The notes under the pieces: model-generated | What the model was told of the DNA's origin: nothing | What the model saw: the letters and a program-made list of their open reading frames with translations, nothing else | Databases searched by the model: none | Source: a virus | Direction: 5' to 3' (one strand) | DNA length: 64,000 nt | Virus record (IMG/VR): IMGVR_UViG_3300017989_000003 | Span: 70,606-134,605 of that record | Program-made: the position numbers and the translations under genes | Part shown: positions 11,460 to 20,617 of the stretch, piece after piece | How the letters are laid out: each line of letters opens with the position of its first letter | Position numbering within the stretch: position 1 is the first letter of the stretch

Positions 11460-11954
11460 ATGCGACAGTTAGACTTATTTGATTATAGTGAGTCAAAGAA
11501 TAGGGTTATTAAAACATATGCTCAGGCAATTCCATGTATTAGAAGGATTAGTAAGTGTTATGCACTTCAATTAGATGAGGACAGACGTTACATAACACCA
11601 GGACTGGGTAAGGATATTTTCACTGACTTTAATAACCTAACAAACAAAGAATTTTTATTAAAATGGGAGCGTAGCCTATTCGGTGTTTCGGTAATTTCAG
11701 ACCTTGATTTCCATGACGACGGTACTTACGAAGGCATTGGGATTTCAATGGAGGTGATATATGATGTGTATACCACTGATAGTGGGGTTTTGAGTATAAT
11801 TTTTACTGATATCGCAGGTGTAGGTTATGCTTTTGTTGAGGTTAGTACGAAGTTATCTGAAGAACTAGTAAAAACGTTCGATAGGACGTTGACGCTCAAA
11901 GGTGGGTTTGGTAGCGTCAGACAATTTTTGGAGAGTCAATTCAAATATCAATAA
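11460..11954 (+). CDS. hypothetical protein with N-terminal QLDLF motif
   Basis: ATG 11460 after GGGGTG RBS gives MRQLDLF. Confidence 0.65.
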   Translation: MRQLDLFDYSESKNRVIKTYAQAIPCIRRISKCYALQLDEDRRYITPGLGKDIFTDFNNLTNKEFLLKWERSLFGVSVISDLDFHDDGTYEGIGISMEVIYDVYTTDSGVLSIIFTDIAGVGYAFVEVSTKLSEELVKTFDRTLTLKGGFGSVRQFLESQFKYQ

Positions 11955-11973
11955 AATGAAAGGAAAACAAGTT

Positions 11974-12333
11974 ATGAAACAATTGTCATTGTTTAAGTAT
12001 GTAAGTCCAATAAGTAGGATATCAATAAGTTCCTACGGTAGATACAGTAGTTCAAACTATGGTGTCAGCACTATGATTATCGACCTAGGTTGTATCAAAT
12101 TATATTTTTCGTATAGGACTGTTATAGCGTTTAGAACAGTAGACACTGGGTTGGTCGTTATGAAGAATTATTGGAATTGCACTACAGGTAAGCACATTAA
12201 TTGGGTCGATGGAGGCTCAAAAGAGGCTAGGAAGCAGCGACTTACTGCCGACGAATTTGAAGATAAGTTATCAAAAGTATTTAAGTCATTTGACATGGAT
12301 GTAAGTCTGAAAGATATCACTAATAGTATGTAG
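11974..12333 (+). CDS. phage hypothetical protein with N-terminal QLSLF motif
   Basis: MKQLSLF start; FSY.T.IAF and N.W..TTGKH.N motifs. Confidence 0.65.
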   Translation: MKQLSLFKYVSPISRISISSYGRYSSSNYGVSTMIIDLGCIKLYFSYRTVIAFRTVDTGLVVMKNYWNCTTGKHINWVDGGSKEARKQRLTADEFEDKLSKVFKSFDMDVSLKDITNSM

Positions 12334-15140
12334 GGGTTTACGATGAACAGCGAAACGTTTGTCCAGTATGTTAGTAAATTCACAAAGGATTTTAATTACC
12401 CAGTTCTTGAACCATGTGATGTGGTTATACTTGCTGGAAGTGGCACAGCTAACGACCCATTCGAAGCAAAGGTACACACGAATGTTACATTAGTTGGGTT
12501 TGAGACGAATACTTTTATACTCCGAACGCCAATATTTACATATTATTTAGTGTACGTAGCAGACTCTTTTAAGTACGTATCAAAAATACGAGTAAACCAC
12601 AGCAAAGTCTAAGTTCTGAGGTTTACAGGGTTATCAAAGCACATATAACTTAATACCGAAACTAAAACAAGTTGGAAAGCGAGGTGTAAGATGTTTAGGC
12701 ATAAATGTAAAAATTGGCGTTATTGGACATTGACAAATGATACCAGTGTTCTTTTACGGACATGTAAAAAATGTGGAAAAGTCCAACAATGGAAATATGT
12801 CATGTCTCAATATGCGTGGGTTACACAGATTGAATATAAAGAAAATTATGTCATACAATCCCTAATAAACGAAAGCGAGGTGTAAAGTGAATATAACCGA
12901 ATTTCATAAACTAAGGGATAAAATTAACAATGAGGAAATACCATATTTCCCTAATACAATTCAGGGCTATTGTGACGAAAAGGAATTTTTCGCTGTACAA
13001 AGAGCAAAGTTAAATTTAATGGAAGAAGTATTAAAAATAGCTGGAAAATGGCTTGATAGAGAGTTAGAAACAGCAGAAAAACATAGTGCAGGATTATTAA
13101 AACTTGCATTACATGTAAAACAAGACTAAAAGGAGGTGTAAATGACTTTTTGCATAAATTGTGATTCTGAATTTGAAGATGTGTACGAAAAGGGGCTTCA
13201 ACCGTGTCCTTACTGTGGTGCCCTAAATAAGCCATGCGATACTTGTCCAATAATACTAAACCGTGGTTCCTGCTTAGACTGTGAAATAGGAGAAACAAAC
13301 TATGAACAATAACGAAAAAATAGCATCTGATATAATTCACAAGTTTGAGGAACTTCTTGCTGAGAATGGAATAAAGATTCCAAATTCAGAGCGCACTGGT
13401 GATGAAACCGAAGCGTGTATATTCGGGACTGACTATTATGCTCTTGAGTCAGCAATCGCCGACATTCTCTGTATCCGTACTGTATGTACATCATACAAGA
13501 TAGTTATTGTCCAATCTATTACAGGAGATTCCTTGGATGAACAAGAACCTTTTATTGTTCTAGAGAGCGAAGCTGAGAAAATACGTGATTATATTATTGA
13601 ACAGTCTGACGGACGAAATACGTTGGTGGCAATAGCTGAGTTTCAGATGGATAACTGTAGTAACATACGGTGTCTTCACACATACTGTAATCCTCAAGAA
13701 ACATAGAAAGGATACTATGCGTCATTTCTACTATAAAATAAGTAAACGGGCAGTAGGTAGACTAAAAAGGTACTTGATGATTATTGCTGTACGTGTCCAT
13801 ATAAAACAGGGTGGTGAGGCACCACTAACTTATTTACATGAACAGCTAAGTTACGCACTAGAACATTCCCTTGGTTTTGCAATAAGCAAATCAGACATTG
13901 ATAAGTACTTCGCATCAAAGCTTACACTAAAGAATAAGCTTGCGACCTATAGGCATCTAAAAGAATTGGTACAAGAGTATCTAGTAGCTCAGGAAATCAT
14001 ACCAGAAGATTCAGTTATGTTCGATTAACAATAACATTAAGGGGTTGATATGGAATACGAAGTAGTAAAAACTATGATGGTTCAACTAACCGCTAGTGAG
14101 CTAGATAAAGTAGCGAACGAACGCTTAAATTTTGAGGTTAATGATGTTGGCAAGGTTATTTTAGACACTGATGTACTTACAGAAAATTATGAGGATATAA
14201 CCGTGTGGTTTGAGAGGATGATTGCAGAAATAGAGGGTAAGCTACTAAAAGAGTACTGCCAGAACCTTTCTGACATGGAATATTTGTGGTTTTACGTATA
14301 GTACTATGTCCAGTATTAAGGGGAAGATAATGAAAATAATTTGGGAAAACAAAAATTGGGTTATCTTCAAAGATTGTTTCGATACGCATAAGACGATTAA
14401 TGTCCAAAATAAGAGAACTTTTGAGGTTCAGACTCCGATTTTACATGAGAATTCTTATCCTGTTTACTATAGAGTATTATGGGATTTTCCTGAAAGAATA
14501 CCAAAGTACATTAAAGAAAAGGTTAAAATGTACTTCAGACGCTGTTCTTTTATGAAAGATAGAGGGTATTATGTCCAGTAACATTACTGAGAATGGCGCA
14601 ATTACTCTTGCTGATTTTATTGTTAGCCTTAAGAGTGAATATATTCAACTAGAGCTTTTCCCTGATTGTATAGATATTGATAATATCGAGTTCATGTTCT
14701 ATGTTTCTCTTAACATGGTATTCTTCTTTGACTCAGACCGTGAAGTGCCATCATACGCATCTGACGTGTTGGGAAGTATAACTAAAAAGCTATTGCTTTC
14801 TGAATATGAGATTGAGGACGATGAGTACTTTAGGGAGAATGAGTATTATCATAGTGTGACGTTTGATGGTGTATTGTCCAGTAGTGACTTTAAGGTTATG
14901 CTTGAACGCACTGGAATTAGACCACAATGGTCACGCAATGGCGGTATTCTAACTGAAATTGGTATTATTCCTGCCATTAGTTTTGAAGATAGTGACGACA
15001 GCGAAGTTAAATTTAATGCCTATGTAACACCATTATGCACTGAGAGACGTAGGCTGAATTGGGATATTGTCCGAAAACATTTTATTGAGAAGTACGAGTA
15101 AAATACTTGTTGTTGTACTTAATTTTCAAAACTGTGCAAG

Positions 15141-15168
15141 TTTACAAGATTTCTAAAATTTATATAAC
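15141..15168 (+). promoter_or_regulatory. promoter TTTACA-N16-TATAAC
   Basis: Direct sequence match to the family consensus, upstream of ORF 15197. Confidence 0.7.
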
Positions 15169-15196
15169 TAAGCAACAAGATTAACGGGAGGACAAA

Positions 15197-15745
15197 ATGA
15201 ATATTTTGGATGTGGACGTAAAACTGAACATTTCTAGAAAATCGGGGGATTTCGTTGTCCCCATAGAGCTTACTTTACCTAAGGATACCGAGATAGCAGA
15301 GCGTATCGTGAAAGACAACTTGCTTGTGGACAGTATGTCACCACGGTTCACGGGGTTAAGGTTTAGGAACTATATTATGTATAGCCTAAGTTTAGATAGC
15401 TTAACTAAAATGAGTAAAAAAATATCCGATGCTATTAATGAGGATGAACACGGGTATCACAAATTGGTATTTATGTCTAAGACATTCAATGTGAATCCGA
15501 TTAACGCATTGAAGTTTATGGATAACATCGTGTTCCATGATGGAAAGACTGCTGGTGCAGTACTGAAAGAGAAGTGGGTAGATGGAGAAATAACTGATGA
15601 GGAAATTGAGGATTACATTGATTTTGAAAGAATGGCAGACGAGTCCGACGATTACACAGAAACTCCTGATGGGGTTTTTGAGTTTTGGGATATTTCGCCT
15701 GATGAGGATGATAACCGACTCCTTAGTGACAACGATTTCCAATAA
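15197..15745 (+). CDS. hypothetical protein with acidic C-terminus
   Basis: GGGAGG RBS. Confidence 0.7.
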   Translation: MNILDVDVKLNISRKSGDFVVPIELTLPKDTEIAERIVKDNLLVDSMSPRFTGLRFRNYIMYSLSLDSLTKMSKKISDAINEDEHGYHKLVFMSKTFNVNPINALKFMDNIVFHDGKTAGAVLKEKWVDGEITDEEIEDYIDFERMADESDDYTETPDGVFEFWDISPDEDDNRLLSDNDFQ

Positions 15746-15798
15746 ACGAGTAAACAGTAAGCAGGCACGTTGCCTGCTGAATAACATAGGAGGATGCG

Positions 15799-16233
15799 AT
15801 GGTTGAGATTTTCACTAGCATCATGGAGCTGATAACAGAGTTCCTGACGAGCCTAGGAGTAAGCGAGAACGCTGCTCCAATTGTAAAGATTCTTGTATGC
15901 GCTGTTTCAGTTTTCAGCGTGGTAAGCTCTGTGTATGTTATCACGGTTAAATTCAGGCTTATCAAGCTGATTCTGACACTCCTGCGGTTGAACAAAGAGC
16001 AGCGCATTAGAAGAAAGGAGCGCAGGAGTGCTAAGCGGGCAGAACGGGAGAGGATGCTCCTCTCAGCAGAGAGACGACGAAAGGCGATAGAAAGTATGCC
16101 CGATGACATAGCTGAGTTAAAAGAGAAAGTTAGGCTTTTGAAAGTTGATGTAGACGGCATTAAATATGCTAAGACGTCTAATGCTAAGCCTAAAGAGCAT
16201 CAGGGAGAACCACAGCATTGGGATATATGCTGA
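15799..16233 (+). CDS. membrane protein with basic coiled-coil tail
   Basis: Hydrophobic segment ILVCAVSVFSVVSSVYVITV followed by an R/E/K-rich helix. Confidence 0.6.
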   Translation: MVEIFTSIMELITEFLTSLGVSENAAPIVKILVCAVSVFSVVSSVYVITVKFRLIKLILTLLRLNKEQRIRRKERRSAKRAERERMLLSAERRRKAIESMPDDIAELKEKVRLLKVDVDGIKYAKTSNAKPKEHQGEPQHWDIC

Positions 16234-16371
16234 GGTTTGAAATAAAGCTCAAAAAATATCGCAAAAAAAGCGGTTCCCGTAGTCGGAACCGCTTACGTCG
16301 TTTCAAGTTTAAGCGGAGGAATAATAACAAACTACCCTATTGGTTTGTTAAACTAATAGATGGGGGGTAGT

Positions 16372-16674
16372 ATGAGATATGCAATCGAAATTGATAACTC
16401 TGTAAAGGAGTTCACAAGTCTGGTTACGCTTGCTGGATTCCTTAGAGATAACGGTATATATGAAGTTAAGTATGTGTCTAATGACACGTACAAGTGCAGG
16501 TGTCGGCGCAACAGGTGGAAAGTACTCATTAATATCTGGAGAGAATATGAACTTTCTGGCGAAACAGAGTACTTTACACGAAATGACGAAACTGAGCTTA
16601 ATTTACTTCTTGTACTACTACCAAGTATGTACCGTACAATGCGTAAAGTGACCAAAACAAAAGGGGCGACGTAA
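16372..16674 (+). CDS. hypothetical protein preceding the Ubl operon
   Basis: GGGGG RBS before ATG 16372. Confidence 0.55.
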   Translation: MRYAIEIDNSVKEFTSLVTLAGFLRDNGIYEVKYVSNDTYKCRCRRNRWKVLINIWREYELSGETEYFTRNDETELNLLLVLLPSMYRTMRKVTKTKGAT

Positions 16675-16728
16675 GTAACGTTGCTATTTAATTTACAGAT
16701 TTCTTTATTGTTCAATGGAGGACAAAAA

Positions 16729-17208
16729 ATGGAAAATGCATGGGAAACAGACAGTAACGAAACCAACGAAACCGAAACCAACGAAACCGAAACCAATGTG
16801 ATTTTAACGGTTTCTGGCGGCTCATTTTCGGAACAGGTTCCAGCCCACGAGGCAACTGACGCAATCGAGCGCATCGCATCACGACTCAATCTTGTTGATT
16901 ATATAGTCAAGATTGACGGCGAAGAGAAAGATGTTGATGAAATTGACTTCGAGTCACTTACCAATGGCACGACCATCTCAGTTGAGGCAGACCAGATTCC
17001 AAAAGCGACTTTAAAGGTAGCGGGTGAAGAACCCCGACGTATGCCAGTTGAAGAATTGACCGCCGACTTCGTAAAGTCTGAAGCTCGCAGAAAAGAGTGG
17101 AAACACGCAACAATAAAAAAGAACGGCGTAGTCATTAATAGCCCAAATGACTTCGTTGTTGCGGCAAATGATACTGTAAGCATTGAAGCTTACGTCAAGT
17201 GGGGCTAA
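16729..17208 (+). CDS. ubiquitin-like protein with two tandem beta-grasp (ThiS/MoaD-like) domains and C-terminal Gly
   Basis: GGAGG RBS; two ~65-aa repeats (VKIDG...LTNGTTISV and IKKNG...VAANDTVSI); ends YVKWG; adjacent to E1 and JAB. Confidence 0.75.
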   Translation: MENAWETDSNETNETETNETETNVILTVSGGSFSEQVPAHEATDAIERIASRLNLVDYIVKIDGEEKDVDEIDFESLTNGTTISVEADQIPKATLKVAGEEPRRMPVEELTADFVKSEARRKEWKHATIKKNGVVINSPNDFVVAANDTVSIEAYVKWG

Positions 17209-17219
17209 ACATTTTAATC

Positions 17220-17253
17220 TGGCAGGTAGTTACTACACTACCTGCCATTTTTT
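17220..17253 (+). terminator. intrinsic terminator directly after the Ubl gene
   Basis: TGGCAGGTAGT/ACTACCTGCCA 11-bp stem followed by T6. Confidence 0.75.
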
Positions 17254-17273
17254 TATTTGGGGGAACAAATGTT

Positions 17274-17900
17274 ATGTTGTGGTACATAATAAATATCGAA
17301 AATCCAATCCTGCCAGGTACCAAGAAACTAAATCAAAAAGAAGTATTGGACTATCTGGTAAGAAGCACTGACCAAATTAAAGTGCAGTGTAAATTCCCAT
17401 CTACATCTACTATAAACCTACCAGATGATATTGAGAGCATCAGACGGTTTATGGAACTATCTGACGAAGATAAGCATAAATACGCTTATCTCTCTACGTA
17501 TAGCTCCATTGATACAGACGAGAAGTTTGACACGATAGAGTCTATTGAGATGCTGTCATATTGTACGTCTTTCGGCGAATTTGGGAGGGACATTGTACAA
17601 AAAATGATAGATGATGGGGAACTTCCGTCATATCTTGCGAGTGTTGTCAATGTAGTAGATTTAGTTATAGATAATTTTGATTGCACATCGTCTCCATTTG
17701 GAATATTCGACGTGTCGAATATTAGCCTTAATGACGACGAAGATGAAGATGAAGATGAAGAATATGAGGAGGATTATGCCGAGGATTACGATGAGTATGA
17801 TGATGAACCAGAAGAAGATGAACCAGAAGATGACGATGAAGAAGATGAACCAGAAGATGAACCAGAATTAGCCCCAAATGAAGGTTTTTGGGAAGTTTAA
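17274..17900 (+). CDS. unknown protein with a ~50-residue D/E tail inside the Ubl operon
   Basis: GGGGGA RBS; in frame with ORF 17199-17900. Confidence 0.7.
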   Translation: MLWYIINIENPILPGTKKLNQKEVLDYLVRSTDQIKVQCKFPSTSTINLPDDIESIRRFMELSDEDKHKYAYLSTYSSIDTDEKFDTIESIEMLSYCTSFGEFGRDIVQKMIDDGELPSYLASVVNVVDLVIDNFDCTSSPFGIFDVSNISLNDDEDEDEDEEYEEDYAEDYDEYDDEPEEDEPEDDDEEDEPEDEPELAPNEGFWEV

Positions 17901-17914
17901 CGGGAGGACAAAAA

Positions 17915-18499
17915 ATGGAAAAAGAAGAAATCAAAGAACTTATAAGTGACCAGTTGAGGCAGTGGGAACATTGTGATAACTCTGATGTGGCTCATTGGAT
18001 GGAAAAAGCCGCAACACTTCAATGTCCGATGTTGCATATATACAACTTATGGACATTGCTGTTCCATCACCACTACCGACCAAAATTTGCTACTGAAAAA
18101 CACGGTACGAGCATGTGGGACATATCAAAGTTCTTCCCTACTGGGATTGATATCCTTATAGGCGTACGTTTCACACAAAAAGGTTACTTTGATAGTGTGT
18201 TCTGTTTTCTACCAGACGGAACAAGGTTTCACCACTACCATGGCGGCAGTGGTGACAGCGGGGACTGTATAGGTTCGGTGAAAGTCAATGACATTCCTCA
18301 GTTTACAATGGCTGATGTTGAACTGTTAAAAAATGCGCTGGACGTTGTAGTTGTAAACTCTGTCACTGACGGGTCACCGTCAAACAGAAGTATTGGTGAG
18401 CCATTCCATAACCTACCCAGTGTAGGTCGTTTTGTGGAAATTAGGGATGATGGTGGTGACCCACCTCGCACAATTAGCGCATGGGAGGTGGCATCATGA
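17915..18499 (+). CDS. E2-like (UBC-fold) conjugating enzyme
   Basis: FHHYH-x8-C-IG resembles the bacterial E2 HPH/HPN...C motif; lies between Ubl and E1; ATGA overlap with E1. Confidence 0.55.
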   Translation: MEKEEIKELISDQLRQWEHCDNSDVAHWMEKAATLQCPMLHIYNLWTLLFHHHYRPKFATEKHGTSMWDISKFFPTGIDILIGVRFTQKGYFDSVFCFLPDGTRFHHYHGGSGDSGDCIGSVKVNDIPQFTMADVELLKNALDVVVVNSVTDGSPSNRSIGEPFHNLPSVGRFVEIRDDGGDPPRTISAWEVAS

Positions 18500-19488
18500 G
18501 CACATTAAATCCATTACCCGAATGGTATAATTTTGAGTTTCTCAAAAAGTACCCATATCCTTTATTGCCCTATAACAAACGTTACTTCGCGATGATTCTC
18601 CCAAATGGGAAAGTAACGTTCGACGTTAATCAAAACATCGTCAACATAGAGGGAGAGATTCCTGAAGGAATCAATTTGCGAGATTACTCAAGACAATTTG
18701 ATATGTTCAAGAGAATTCCTGAGAATTTCCTTGTTATTGGCGCTGGTGGAGTTGGTGCGTGGTTTGTTATAACGCTATTGCAAGCGGCGAAGTATGCCAA
18801 GGTCATAGTGTTCGACCATGACGCCATAGAGGAGTCAAATCTTGAACGACTCCCGTATCCGAAGTCATTCGTTGGAGATAACAAAGCGAATTCTCTCAAA
18901 AAATGGGTATGGAACATACTTACTGCAAATATAGTGGCAGTAGATGATATGTTTTACCCAGAGTACTTAGATGATGATACTATGGGCATAACCCCAGATA
19001 TAGTCATCGATTGCTCAGACGATTTTGAGACACAGTTAAGTGTCTACGAGCATTGCTTGAATAACAATATAAGGTTCTTCAAGATAGGTACATTTAGAAA
19101 TTTCGTAGCTATCTCGAGAACTGTTGGGGGCTGGGATTCAGGATTTGACGTTGAAGGAACTTGCGGAAATGGAGTTCCGCAATGGCAAGCTACTCAGATG
19201 CTAGCAGCTGCCCAGCTAGTGTCGTATTTGCTGCGTGACGAGTTTATTCAAACGCAGCTATTCGACGCCGAGATTAAGGATACAAGCCTATTTGATAAAC
19301 ATTATAACCAAATTCTTAGGCTTACAAAGATAACATCAGCTATGCGTACAGCAGAGATGCTGGCAGAAAAGCTAGCTGATATAGGTATTGCAAATGAAGA
19401 ACTCTGTGCAGTGCGGAGTTTATTGTCTAATACATTGACCGAGATGGAGAACAAAAATGAACTGGAAGAAACATCAACCCGTACTTAA
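18496..19488 (+). CDS. E1/ThiF-family activating enzyme
   Basis: DYSRQ arginine finger, GAGGVG, DHDAIEESNLERL, NKA, VIDCSDD, candidate catalytic Cys in EGTCG. Confidence 0.9.
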   Translation: MSTLNPLPEWYNFEFLKKYPYPLLPYNKRYFAMILPNGKVTFDVNQNIVNIEGEIPEGINLRDYSRQFDMFKRIPENFLVIGAGGVGAWFVITLLQAAKYAKVIVFDHDAIEESNLERLPYPKSFVGDNKANSLKKWVWNILTANIVAVDDMFYPEYLDDDTMGITPDIVIDCSDDFETQLSVYEHCLNNNIRFFKIGTFRNFVAISRTVGGWDSGFDVEGTCGNGVPQWQATQMLAAAQLVSYLLRDEFIQTQLFDAEIKDTSLFDKHYNQILRLTKITSAMRTAEMLAEKLADIGIANEELCAVRSLLSNTLTEMENKNELEETSTRT

Positions 19489-20554
19489 TGGTGATGGGTC
19501 TTGGGATACAGGACTCACCGAAGAAAGCCCAGAGGTTAAAGAGTGCGGACACGCAAAGTGTCCAGACGTGAATATAGGTATAACCGTCTTGCGTAAGATG
19601 GACTTGTTAATGGAAAAATACAAGTCTGACGAATGGGCGGCGGACTTAATCGGGTTCTTTGACCCAGATGATAATGAGTACTGGGTTTTAGACTTACGTC
19701 TATTCGAACAAGAGGTTACTGCCTCTAGCGTCGAAAGAAAAGAGCCCGAAGGTGATAGTGTAATTGGCGTAACACACTCCCATCACACAATGGGTGCGTT
19801 TATGTCAGGGACTGACGACGAATACCCGAACAGCAACTACAACCTTTCTGGCGTGGTTTCTAGAAAGACCGACGGACACCACAAGTTAGCGATGAAATTC
19901 TCTATTAGAGTCAAAACTCCTTGTGGATGCTACAGGTACTTTGAGGTCGAAAAGTGGTACATGGCATACCACTACGAGGATTTCGATGTTAAGGAGTTTT
20001 TAGCTCTAGCAGACAAAAAGATTAACAAAAAGACTTACGTTACCAATTTCAATCAATTTAACTATCTTAATCAAATCGGCACGTCATTTAATGTTAAGGC
20101 AAACAATGTGCAACCTGTGTCACCAGTGCAATCACCTGCTTTTGAAGATTATTACGATGAGTGTGACAACTATGACAACTACGGATATTTCGGGCAGAGT
20201 CAAAGCTCTGATGAAGTGTCATGGGACTTAGAGAGCGATGACGACGATGACGATGACGACATAATTGTCGACGATGACGACATACTAGACATAGAGATTT
20301 CGGATACTGTAAGTGACCGAAAAGTTTACTTCCACTTAAAAGACAAAAGACCAATGCTGGTTTATACTCTTATTGAGGATGAATCAGAGGTTGTTGTCAG
20401 AGAAGAAATCAAGTCTATCAATCAATTTGAGGACTTGATTGACTCATTCGCAAGTCGTACGGTTGCCTTCAATGACTTGGAATTAGAGGCTGCTATCGAG
20501 GACTTTTACATGGCGTGTGGAAGTAATACTAGAAATCCTCTTTACGATAAGTAA
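19457..20554 (+). CDS. JAB/JAMM (MPN+) metallo-isopeptidase with acidic C-terminal region
   Basis: Upstream E (DEW) plus HSH-x7-S-x2-D (HSHHTMGAFMSGTD). Confidence 0.9.
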   Translation: MNWKKHQPVLNGDGSWDTGLTEESPEVKECGHAKCPDVNIGITVLRKMDLLMEKYKSDEWAADLIGFFDPDDNEYWVLDLRLFEQEVTASSVERKEPEGDSVIGVTHSHHTMGAFMSGTDDEYPNSNYNLSGVVSRKTDGHHKLAMKFSIRVKTPCGCYRYFEVEKWYMAYHYEDFDVKEFLALADKKINKKTYVTNFNQFNYLNQIGTSFNVKANNVQPVSPVQSPAFEDYYDECDNYDNYGYFGQSQSSDEVSWDLESDDDDDDDDIIVDDDDILDIEISDTVSDRKVYFHLKDKRPMLVYTLIEDESEVVVREEIKSINQFEDLIDSFASRTVAFNDLELEAAIEDFYMACGSNTRNPLYDK

Positions 20555-20576
20555 ATAGTTTATTTGTTCTCCCAAA

Positions 20577-20603
20577 GGGGCTAGTCTATAATGGGCTAGT
20601 CCC
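20577..20603 (+). terminator. hairpin closing the Ubl operon
   Basis: GGGGCTAGTC/GGCTAGTCCC stem with G.U pairs. Confidence 0.45.
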
Positions 20604-20617
20604 TAATCTATTATGAG

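Larger units (their letters stand above)
6922..15101 (+). other. Block of ~20 short co-oriented hypothetical ORFs (phage accessory/early region)
   Basis: Overlapping or abutting + strand ORFs of 55-240 aa with strong GGAGG/AAGGA RBSs; several Cys-rich Zn-ribbon peptides (7586-7867, 13142-13312). Confidence 0.75.

Noticed and set aside
1-15100. Apparent + strand excess of GTCCA as a Chi/KOPS-like motif
   Set aside because: Cannot be separated by eye from codon usage (Cys-Pro, Met-Ser); needs a codon-aware count
17885-18499. Shared C-terminal WEV motif in two operon proteins
   Set aside because: At least in the E2 gene it is explained by the overlapping GGGAGGTG RBS
18496-19488. ThiF/MoeB for thiamine or Moco synthesis
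   Set aside because: No adjacent thi/moa genes, no CxxC Zn pairs, and E2-like and JAB neighbours favour conjugation; the radical SAM is 15 kb away on the other strand
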